DNA of 64,000 nt from a virus. The stretch spans positions 1 to 64,000 of the IMG/VR virus record IMGVR_UViG_3300038299_000097, one strand, 5' to 3'. Shown one piece after another: positions 40,462 to 48,478 of the stretch (position 1 is its first letter; each line of letters opens with the position of its first letter). Position numbers and translations under genes: made by a program. The notes below the pieces were generated by a model. The model ran no database searches and was not told the origin of the DNA. It was given only the letters and a program-made list of their open reading frames with translations.

Positions 40462-40607
40462 TATAAATATGGCATTCAGCTAGGTATAAGTTAAACTATT
40501 AAACAATTGGTCACAGGTTCAAATCCTGTCATCTCAGCCTTATGGGATGTAGCTCAGTCTGGTAGAGCAGTTGATACAACTTGTACGATTCGGGTGCCAT
40601 ATTTATA
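40462..40607 (+). ncRNA. array RNA unit 5: YrlA-like RNA with a circularly permuted tRNA-Asn-like domain
   Basis: 16-bp outer stem (2 G-U); AGCTAG/GATTC loop; T arm ACAGGTTCAAATCCTGT; CATCTCA-G-loop-TGGGATG; D arm GCTCAGTCTGGTAGAGC. Confidence 0.9.
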
Positions 40608-40640
40608 TCCTTCAACATAAACAACAAACACCACTAACTA

Positions 40641-42683
40641 ATGTTACTATCCGAAAACGCAGTATATGTTCAGCCTTCTAAGTCAGCTCGTAGTAAGAGC
40701 AACTCAGTTAAAATTGCTAACCTGCTCTCTATTGAGTTAATGAACTACGGTATTCAGCTAAGTGCCGACCTTCGTAATTCAATTTCCAAGCTTAATGCCA
40801 AGGACGCTCAGTCAGTAGCTACTGAGATCCTTAAGGCTAACACCATGGGTAGTCTAACACCACCACTTTTCCGTAATTGGGAACAGCGTAATGCGTTCAC
40901 CACTGGGGAGATCATTGTGCAACTCTTTGCATACGTATTCCAAATCTCTGGTAATGATCTTTATGATCCAGAGTTCCTCAACAACCTTGACCGTGATTTT
41001 GATTACACCAAGACGCTCAACCTTGCTACCAAGGATGACGCAACCAAGAAGTTCAGCACTCTTGCAACCACACGAGTGCCACTCGACATGGCTTCTATGC
41101 AACTTGTAGTACAACTTGCTAAGACACTTCCTTTGGACAACTGTGAACGTATCTTCTCTGATGAAGTTCGTGTGGCTGTTATCGACGGTGATGGCGGTTG
41201 TGACTTTAAATCTTTCAAAGGGCGACCAACTGACGTTCTTAAACTCTTCGCACTCCGCAAGAATCAAAACACTCTCGACATGAAACTACCTGTCGATGTC
41301 AAATTTGACGCCCTCTCATGGTCTGAGAGAATCAAAACACTTGAGTTCCTTGAGTCCTTCGGTTTCGAATATCTATCTGAAGAGATGGGTAAGAACCGTG
41401 GAGCTTGGTCTAAGTTCTTCAACCACATTCATGCTTTCGGGCAGAAGGGTTGGAGTAATAGATTCCCTAATTTCATGATGGCATCAATGGCATCCGTTCA
41501 ACGTAATATTAGTCTAGTAGATAAGAAGACCGTCAAAGGTTTCTCAGAACTAATACTTAGTGGTGGCGTTGAAGTGGTTTCTAATAAGTTTGTTTACCGT
41601 ACATTCGCTTCCCGTGTAGAATCAACACTCAAAAACTACAAGACATTTGATCAAGTGGTTGCAGTGTTTGGTAACAAGGGTTCTTATGTTCTCAACAACT
41701 TGACCTCTATTTCTAACAAGATCAAGAAGGCAGACTCTCGTAAGTTTGTGGAGCTTGTTCGTGGGTTTCTTACCAATGCACCAGTCAAAACTCTGTTCTC
41801 TATTCTATCTATCGATGTGAATGCAGAGTGGCGTGTGATTGATGTTAAGGGTAGCACCAAGATCGAAACTGCCAACTATAGTTCTGTCATTGGTGACATC
41901 CAAGGTGACATCAAGATCGCCCTACATGAGCGTTTCGGGTTCGAGGGTAAGGTAACAGTCGATAAAGAGCTTGCGACACTAGGTGTGCCATTCTTGACCA
42001 CTAGTTCACAACTTAGCCGTGGTACTCGTTACTCATTCACTGATGACGAATATCTCTACTTCTTCATGAAGTGGATTCAGCCAGAGAATCGGACTACAGA
42101 TCTTGACCATAGCCTTCTTTACTTCGATGCGGATTGGAATTCACAACACGTTTCATTCTCTCGTCAAGTTGATACATTCATCCGACATGGTGGTGACATC
42201 ACCAGTGCGCCAGCCCCACATGGTGCCAGTGAATACTCACGAGTTGATCTCAAACTAATCCCGAAAGCTGTTAAGTACATCGTACCATCAGTGTTCGTAT
42301 ATAGAGGTACTAAACTTTCATTGAATGATGAGGCATATGCAGGATTCTACTTCGGTGATAACGATTCGTTCTCCCTTAAACAGGAACACACACGTTACGA
42401 CTTCACTCAGCCATCAGGGTTTAACGTACCATTCATCATCGACGTTGAGAATCGCGAGATTGTAGTGGTGGATTATAACCAAGAGACCTCTGGTAATGTT
42501 GTTCAGTCTGCTGTATGTGATATCAAGAACCTCATCAGTGCTACGAATTCTAAGAACTACATCACCGTTGAGGATCTAGCAGAGATTCTATCTGGTGATA
42601 AGGATACCACATCCTTAAATATCTCAAACGATAGTGGCGATGGTATAGTAGCACCACAGGATTTATTCTCACTGTTCGCATAA
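40641..42683 (+). CDS. large alpha-helical protein with a C-terminal TerD-like domain (candidate Ro/TROVE-like RNA-binding protein)
   Basis: C-terminal W......TDLDHS..F, H.GDITSAP..GASEY..VDL TerD motifs preceded by LSRGTR; helical N-terminal ~430 aa. The Ro-like role is inferred from the adjacent RNAs. Confidence 0.7.
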   Translation: MLLSENAVYVQPSKSARSKSNSVKIANLLSIELMNYGIQLSADLRNSISKLNAKDAQSVATEILKANTMGSLTPPLFRNWEQRNAFTTGEIIVQLFAYVFQISGNDLYDPEFLNNLDRDFDYTKTLNLATKDDATKKFSTLATTRVPLDMASMQLVVQLAKTLPLDNCERIFSDEVRVAVIDGDGGCDFKSFKGRPTDVLKLFALRKNQNTLDMKLPVDVKFDALSWSERIKTLEFLESFGFEYLSEEMGKNRGAWSKFFNHIHAFGQKGWSNRFPNFMMASMASVQRNISLVDKKTVKGFSELILSGGVEVVSNKFVYRTFASRVESTLKNYKTFDQVVAVFGNKGSYVLNNLTSISNKIKKADSRKFVELVRGFLTNAPVKTLFSILSIDVNAEWRVIDVKGSTKIETANYSSVIGDIQGDIKIALHERFGFEGKVTVDKELATLGVPFLTTSSQLSRGTRYSFTDDEYLYFFMKWIQPENRTTDLDHSLLYFDADWNSQHVSFSRQVDTFIRHGGDITSAPAPHGASEYSRVDLKLIPKAVKYIVPSVFVYRGTKLSLNDEAYAGFYFGDNDSFSLKQEHTRYDFTQPSGFNVPFIIDVENREIVVVDYNQETSGNVVQSAVCDIKNLISATNSKNYITVEDLAEILSGDKDTTSLNISNDSGDGIVAPQDLFSLFA

Positions 42684-42698
42684 GACTTACAAAAATTC

Positions 42699-42732
42699 AA
42701 CCCTCATACCTTAAGTGGTGTGGGGGTTTTTT
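42699..42732 (+). terminator. intrinsic terminator closing the RNA-array/TerD-fusion operon
   Basis: AACCCTCATACC-TTAAGT-GGTGTGGGGGTT followed by TTTT. Confidence 0.85.
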
Positions 42733-42772
42733 ATTGACACAAACCGCCAAATATAGTAAGGTCTCTCCACAG

Positions 42773-44695
42773 ATGAATATACCCGTAGAACCACAGAACA
42801 CAGTGAAGTCCAATAATTTCGAGACTTCAGAGATGACCATCGAACTTGGTCAGATTAATATGGTAGCCCAGATTGTTAGGGATAAGATTTATACTGATAA
42901 ACCCATGGCACCAGTTCGAGAGTATGGGTGCAATGCACTTGACGAACACCTAAAGCATAATGTTGGAAGGATGGTCGAGTTCACTATTGATGATATTAAA
43001 AGTACATTCAGCGTGAGGGACTTCGGTCTAGGACTTAGTAATGATTTTGTAATGAAAGTCTACGGCATGATAGGTAAGACCACTAAGAAGGATGACGACA
43101 CCCAGACTGGTGGGTATGGTCTAGGCTCTAAGTCTGGACATGCTTACGGTGATCAGTTCACTATCACGTCATACTACGGCGGTAAGAAGACTGTATACAT
43201 TGCCATCCTTGAAGGAGATGGTGTACCAATTGGTGTGATCAACAAGGTTAGTGTAACAGACACTGATGAACCAACTGGTGTTGAGATCTCACTACCTATT
43301 AAAGATGGTGAACTACCCTCATTCAAAGATCGCATGTCAACATTCCTTAAGGGTGTTCGTACTGACGTTGTGTACAATGGTGAGGTTCATAATGAAAGAC
43401 ACCCAACGGTTGAAGGCCATAGCCACATCCACCACAGTGCTTCCCATGTTAGAATGGGTGATGTTATCTATAAGATTGATTTCCCTACACAGTTCACCAA
43501 GAACAATATTCCTATCACAATCGATGCACCGTTAACCTCTCTAACATTCCCCCCAAGCCGTGAGTCTATCGATAACACACCACACAACCAAAAGGTTATA
43601 GATGACATTATCAATGAGTACATGGCTATTGAGGATCTAAAATTTAAAGAGTTGCTTAAGACTGAGAAGGTGAACACACTACTCAAACTTGCCACATCAA
43701 CCCAGACATACAGGTATCTTGTAACTCTCAATAACTATGTTAAAGACGGTCTTACTATATCAACCAAGACTCAACTTGGTTATGTGATGGCAAATAATGA
43801 TATACTTATGAGCTATATGGATCAGCGTGATGGTTATGAAGTTTTCAAACATAATCGTGATCAGAACGCTAAACCTAAGAAGATGGAACTTAGTACGATT
43901 GAGATGACTAACTTCTTCATATCTAAAAGGCGGTGTGGTGTACCACTATCTAACGAGATCGTTAAGCACTATGATAAAGACGATCTTAAATATGACAAAT
44001 ACTGTACAGAGTTCTCGGTTATATATGAACACAAAGGTAACCAAGAATTCATCACAGAGCTTCGCAAGGTTCTAGAGTGTCGTGATCTTGATGAAGACGT
44101 GTACATTAAAACCAATGTTACCAGAGCCGCAACCAAAGCTCGTAGAGGTAAGGTAGAGTTCAGTAAACTTAATAAAGTAGAGTATGGTAGAATTAGAAAT
44201 AATGATACCGACATCAATTCTCTTGTTAAGTCATACCCATTATTCTACTCCGACTGGCAGGATTATTCCAGACGTACAAAACAACCTTACTATAAACTCA
44301 CCAAGGTACAATTTGAATACCTAAAATCTAAGGGTTATAAGATGGTTCATATGACTAATATGAATGATACACTAAAACAGATGGTGTATGATAAGTCTAC
44401 CAAGCTAGAACGTTTCCAGTATGCTAAGTATAGGTTCATAGAAAAGTCTGATGTTCGTAAACATTTTGCCAAGGGTGTTATGTTTAAGCAACCTAGATAT
44501 AAGAAATCATTTGATGCATTCAAAGATATTGATTATGATGAGTCTGTTGAGTATAAGAAGTTTATTGACATTCTAGGTAGAGTGAGTGATAATATATTAC
44601 CTTCTTGGAAAGTTCGAGCAATGAAAAGGCTCGCAGGTTTCAACGGTGCTACAGAACACAAAGAGGCAATGGATATAATTTTACACGCAAAATAA
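42773..44695 (+). CDS. rIIA: rIIA-like protein (GHKL ATPase N-terminus)
   Basis: IYTDK..APVRE..CNA.D.H, VRDFG.GL, G.TTK, GG.GLGSK; ATG 42773 preferred over the TTG inside the -35 box. Confidence 0.88.
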   Translation: MNIPVEPQNTVKSNNFETSEMTIELGQINMVAQIVRDKIYTDKPMAPVREYGCNALDEHLKHNVGRMVEFTIDDIKSTFSVRDFGLGLSNDFVMKVYGMIGKTTKKDDDTQTGGYGLGSKSGHAYGDQFTITSYYGGKKTVYIAILEGDGVPIGVINKVSVTDTDEPTGVEISLPIKDGELPSFKDRMSTFLKGVRTDVVYNGEVHNERHPTVEGHSHIHHSASHVRMGDVIYKIDFPTQFTKNNIPITIDAPLTSLTFPPSRESIDNTPHNQKVIDDIINEYMAIEDLKFKELLKTEKVNTLLKLATSTQTYRYLVTLNNYVKDGLTISTKTQLGYVMANNDILMSYMDQRDGYEVFKHNRDQNAKPKKMELSTIEMTNFFISKRRCGVPLSNEIVKHYDKDDLKYDKYCTEFSVIYEHKGNQEFITELRKVLECRDLDEDVYIKTNVTRAATKARRGKVEFSKLNKVEYGRIRNNDTDINSLVKSYPLFYSDWQDYSRRTKQPYYKLTKVQFEYLKSKGYKMVHMTNMNDTLKQMVYDKSTKLERFQYAKYRFIEKSDVRKHFAKGVMFKQPRYKKSFDAFKDIDYDESVEYKKFIDILGRVSDNILPSWKVRAMKRLAGFNGATEHKEAMDIILHAK

Positions 44696-44696
44696 T

Positions 44697-45677
44697 ATGA
44701 AGAAAACAGAATACGCTTATAGCAATGGTGGCGTAACAATAATCAATATGCTAACAGGGGAACCCACCTCGTTCGAGTCGGGGTCTAAGGACTATGATTT
44801 TGTATTGGAGAACATCGATGACGATGATCAACTATATAGAATCGTTACAGAAGGTATCGAACAATTCTTTGAAAAGGAGTTGGTCAACATCTTTGATGAA
44901 CACAAGGACTTTATCATGGTGGCTGGTCACAAAGTGAAGAACCACCTTGTATCAACTTGGATCGATATCCGACACAAGGGTGGTGATACCCAAGCGTATG
45001 AACTATTCCTTGAGAACCTAGCTCGTAATCCATCAGCCACATCCATCAAGGAATTGGTAGACTTCCTATCACACGGGGGTTTCCCTATCACTGAAGATGG
45101 TTGCTTCCTAGCATACAAGGGAGTCCAAACAAATGGTTGGAGTGTTAAAGGTAACTTGGACACCGTGGTGTTAGAGGGTGATACCAACTCAAAGGGTCAG
45201 ATCAACAACGTACTAGGGGGTACCATCCGTATCAAACGAGCATCATGTGATGATGACCGTAAGAAGACATGTAGTTTTGGTGTCCACGTTGGTACTTTTA
45301 ACTATGCATCTAACTGGGGTGATCGACTTGTACTGGTCAAGGTCAATCCAGAAGACGTGGTGTCTGTACCAGTTGATGGTTATGAGAAGCTCCGTTGTTG
45401 TGCCTATAGTGTCGAGAAGCTTTATGGTAAGGCTGAGGGTGAATTAGAACAATCAACTGCTAACATCGTTGAAGGTGAGATTGTCACCGCTGACACTGCT
45501 GTAACGGTTGCTGATATGGTCAAACTGGCGATTTATGAATACAACTGCTTCAAGGTGTGTGACGTAGAAATGTGGGTCCGTTGTGAGTATAGTATAGCAC
45601 TCAACGAGGTTCAAATCATCAATGCTGTTAAGGAATTGGGTATGCGCGTTGTCGGCGTTGACACGATTCTGGTCTAG
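44697..45677 (+). CDS. rIIB: rIIB-like protein
   Basis: F.ENL..NPS, PITEDG.FLAYKGV, CS.G.HVG...YA, V.V.P.DVVSVP.D..KLRCC.Y. Confidence 0.9.
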   Translation: MKKTEYAYSNGGVTIINMLTGEPTSFESGSKDYDFVLENIDDDDQLYRIVTEGIEQFFEKELVNIFDEHKDFIMVAGHKVKNHLVSTWIDIRHKGGDTQAYELFLENLARNPSATSIKELVDFLSHGGFPITEDGCFLAYKGVQTNGWSVKGNLDTVVLEGDTNSKGQINNVLGGTIRIKRASCDDDRKKTCSFGVHVGTFNYASNWGDRLVLVKVNPEDVVSVPVDGYEKLRCCAYSVEKLYGKAEGELEQSTANIVEGEIVTADTAVTVADMVKLAIYEYNCFKVCDVEMWVRCEYSIALNEVQIINAVKELGMRVVGVDTILV

Positions 45678-45705
45678 CCCTCACATTTGAGACAAACGTT
45701 TGTTT

Positions 45706-45738
45706 GAATACCCTCTGAAATGGGGGGGGGGGGTATTC
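45706..45738 (+). terminator. hairpin after rIIB containing a G12 homopolymer
   Basis: GAATACCCTC...GGGGGTATTC. Confidence 0.5.
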
Positions 45739-45788
45739 TACTCAACTAAAGAGTATTGACGAATATGACGAATTGGCTAAATAGAATT

Positions 45789-46331
45789 ATGAGTAGGTTT
45801 TTAGATGCGATAGGGAAGGTGAGAGATCACAAAGATGAAGTGATATTACAGGAAATGCCCGAAATAGCAAAGGTACAGGATTTCGATATGAGTAGTGTAT
45901 ATACTAATATGAAGAAAGACCTTGTAGAGGTAGGAGACTTCGAGATATACAAGATCATGAAATCTGATAAGGGTGAGTATATACACGAATTCCTAGTAGA
46001 TTCCAAGGGTAAGCCTGTATTGTATAGCTCTTATCAACACTCTGAAGGGTTTGGAATATTCGAGAAGAGTGTATACCAGCACAATAGCACGGTAGGGTTG
46101 GCACGTAGGTTCTATGTACACTACCTTATACCTAAGTACAACGTAATCATTTCTGATGAACAACTCTCAGAGGCAGGGTTCAAGTTTTATGAGAAACTAT
46201 TTGACAGTTTGACCATTAAAGTGTTGGATACCACCACAAAGCAGGTGGGGTCACTAGACTCTGTTGATGAGATGGATGAATATTTCACAATGGGTTCTAG
46301 TAGATATCGATTCATGCTAACCAAAAAGTAA
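45789..46331 (+). CDS. late protein, possible GNAT-like fold, possible head cargo
   Basis: Start ATG 45789 (TAAATA-N5); GLARRFY...IISD..LS..G..FY..L. Confidence 0.55.
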   Translation: MSRFLDAIGKVRDHKDEVILQEMPEIAKVQDFDMSSVYTNMKKDLVEVGDFEIYKIMKSDKGEYIHEFLVDSKGKPVLYSSYQHSEGFGIFEKSVYQHNSTVGLARRFYVHYLIPKYNVIISDEQLSEAGFKFYEKLFDSLTIKVLDTTTKQVGSLDSVDEMDEYFTMGSSRYRFMLTKK

Positions 46332-46339
46332 TTAACAAT

Positions 46340-46948
46340 ATGAGTAAATTTAATAAATCAATCCAAAAGGTAACCGAGGCTACCTCTACCACACCAACAT
46401 CAACACCATATGGTTCATCCGAAATTTCATCGACCACCGATGCCGCACGATTTTCACAAGCACAGGAAAGTGCAATGAACAAACGAGTTGGTGATAAAAA
46501 CCAAGTTGATGTCCTAAGTGAATCAGAGGCTCAAGACATTCTTAATGGTGGTGGTAAGCTTTACCTCTCATCTGATAACACCACTGGCGCATATCTAAAG
46601 GCTGATGGTTACATGGGCGGTCTCTTTAAAGACCCTACAGCTAACCGTACAGGTGCTGCAAAGGTCTTACAGCAGATTCGTCGGGATGATGGTGGCTACT
46701 TCTTCGATGCCTATGCTACACACCTTGAGGATATCTACATTAAGAATGACTTCAGACCTGTTGCTCGTCTAGACTTCGTCAAAGACTATGCACCAGTAGG
46801 TTGGGATGATGAAGGTTCATCCTTATCAACCCGACCAGATGTGGCATTCTTTATCTATGACCCAGTAACTAAAGGTGTTAAAGGTGAAGGTCAGCGCATG
46901 ACCGATTGGGATGAAGCTTATGAGTTGGCTAAAACCACTGGTAGATAA
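46340..46948 (+). CDS. GNAT-like acetyltransferase of the type seen in phage polyvalent/head-associated proteins
   Basis: DAY..L..IY....FRPVAR..F...YAP.GWD......PDV.F..YDP. Confidence 0.6.
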   Translation: MSKFNKSIQKVTEATSTTPTSTPYGSSEISSTTDAARFSQAQESAMNKRVGDKNQVDVLSESEAQDILNGGGKLYLSSDNTTGAYLKADGYMGGLFKDPTANRTGAAKVLQQIRRDDGGYFFDAYATHLEDIYIKNDFRPVARLDFVKDYAPVGWDDEGSSLSTRPDVAFFIYDPVTKGVKGEGQRMTDWDEAYELAKTTGR

Positions 46949-46951
46949 ATT

Positions 46952-47317
46952 ATGAAACTAATCATAGCTGGCGGTAGAGAATATAAATTTACACCCAGCG
47001 ACATAACACGCCTCGATGAAATTCGGGGCGTTTTTAGTGAGGTGGTGTGTGGTTGTGCTCGTGGTGCCGACACCGAGGGTAGGTTATGGGCTGAGTCCCG
47101 TGGTGTGCCAGTAGTGGAGTTCCCTGCTGACTGGAAGAGGCTTGGTAAATCTGCGGGGTATATACGCAACCAAGAGATGTCAACGTATGCTGACGGGGTT
47201 GTACTGTTCAAAGGTGGTAATGGCACCGATCACATGTTTAGGATAGCCACCAAGGACAAGCTACACATATGGGACTGGCGAGAAGATGACGAAGATCCCT
47301 TTTTGTTGTTGACGTAA
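46952..47317 (+). CDS. SLOG/YspA-like (DUF2493-type) nucleotide-binding protein
   Basis: IIAGGR, VCG.ARGAD, FPADW...GK.AG.IRN.EM, GG.GT..M. Confidence 0.8.
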   Translation: MKLIIAGGREYKFTPSDITRLDEIRGVFSEVVCGCARGADTEGRLWAESRGVPVVEFPADWKRLGKSAGYIRNQEMSTYADGVVLFKGGNGTDHMFRIATKDKLHIWDWREDDEDPFLLLT

Positions 47318-47344
47318 AACTAAAAGTGGTGTATCTATTCATAC

Positions 47345-47548
47345 ATGAATTGGCAACCAATTAACACCGCACCCCCTAATGCAATCTTTCTAGTATCTGG
47401 GGGTGGTGATTTTGCTGTAGCTGAACTGAGTTGTGGTACACTACTACCTGCGGGTGGTTTGGTACCCAGCTATGATCAAGGTTGTAGTATCGAGTTCGAT
47501 TTCGTACCTACACACTGGGCACACATTACATCATCACCAACAGACTAA
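47345..47548 (+). CDS. DUF551-like small phage protein
   Basis: WQPI.TAP...PTHW. Confidence 0.65.
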   Translation: MNWQPINTAPPNAIFLVSGGGDFAVAELSCGTLLPAGGLVPSYDQGCSIEFDFVPTHWAHITSSPTD

Positions 47549-47552
47549 ACTT

Positions 47553-47819
47553 ATGAGACGGCAAATTAAATGGATCAGTGAACTGGGTGGTAGTTTCGAT
47601 ACCCCTAAAGAGGCATTCGATGATGAGGGGCGGTTGCCTAGTATCATCGCTACATATGAGGCTGACCTAGTCAAGATGGAGACTACTGGTGAATTTAATG
47701 GCAGCACCGATGATATCGAAGGGTGGATTGACACATGGAAAGATGCCATTGCTATTTATAAAGCAAAATGGGTGAAGGCTAGACCTTTGGGTCTTGACAA
47801 ATTTACAGAACCAGAATAG
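47553..47819 (+). CDS. hypothetical protein
   Basis: Start moved to ATG 47553, after the upstream stop. Confidence 0.55.
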   Translation: MRRQIKWISELGGSFDTPKEAFDDEGRLPSIIATYEADLVKMETTGEFNGSTDDIEGWIDTWKDAIAIYKAKWVKARPLGLDKFTEPE

Positions 47820-47828
47820 CATACCGAT

Positions 47829-48293
47829 ATGAAATTAGATTCATGGCACGTTAACCTTTATAAGAAACTTACAGATTATAAGAAACTTACAGATTGTAAG
47901 AACCTACCCAGAACCTACCCCACCTACATACTAATGTGGTGTGGGTCGGTAATAACATATCCACTATTATTTGTATTATCACACGCAGTTGCTTTACAAT
48001 GTGCATTGTTTGGTGTGTTATTCAATAATGACATCAGTACTATGAGCGGTACGCTGGACTATTATAGAGATATGTATAAGATGTTATTCAAAGGTGATCT
48101 ATGCAGTGACGGTGGTGGGGAATGGGAATGTATATGTTTAATCTATGGTGCAGTCATGACAGTTTTAACTATAATGCTCATGATTAATGTCCCGATACTA
48201 CTAACCATACCAATTAGTATATTAATTTCCAAGGTCTTTATATGCTGGATTGTAAAGATAATTTATAACTCAACACAAATCAAATGGAAATAA
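47829..48293 (+). CDS. membrane protein
   Basis: 3-4 hydrophobic segments; TTGACA-N17-TAGCAT-N6-ATG promoter. Confidence 0.65.
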   Translation: MKLDSWHVNLYKKLTDYKKLTDCKNLPRTYPTYILMWCGSVITYPLLFVLSHAVALQCALFGVLFNNDISTMSGTLDYYRDMYKMLFKGDLCSDGGGEWECICLIYGAVMTVLTIMLMINVPILLTIPISILISKVFICWIVKIIYNSTQIKWK

Positions 48294-48478
48294 ATATGGA
48301 TAAACCAGAACACAGGCTCAGAGAGTCAACAGGCGATCAATTTTATGATCGAGCAGTAGGTATCTTAATAGGCTTTAAGGAAGTATTAGAAGCCCGAGAT
48401 GGTCACATTGATATCATCACTGTACAGGCAGCGGTAGAGGAAATGAAAACCCTAAAAGAAATCAAACAAAATGGATGA
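48284..48478 (+). CDS. hypothetical protein
   Basis: Overlapping ORF. Confidence 0.55.
   Translation: MEINMDKPEHRLRESTGDQFYDRAVGILIGFKEVLEARDGHIDIITVQAAVEEMKTLKEIKQNG

Noticed and set aside
40083-40574. Ordinary tRNA-Leu and tRNA-Asn genes
   Set aside because: In each, the 3' half precedes the 5' half and no contiguous anticodon loop exists, so they cannot be conventional tRNA genes.
39953-40607. CRISPR array
   Set aside because: Units conserve structure and a short internal loop rather than an identical direct repeat; lengths are irregular; no cas genes are in the window.
45722-45733. G12 tract as a phase-variation switch
   Set aside because: Intergenic, within a hairpin arm and outside a promoter spacer; it may also be a homopolymer sequencing error.
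10134-45758. ORF-track TTG starts at 10134, 12147, 42734 and 45756
   Set aside because: These TTGs are the first bases of -35 TTGAC boxes that fall in frame; downstream ATGs fit the promoter geometry.
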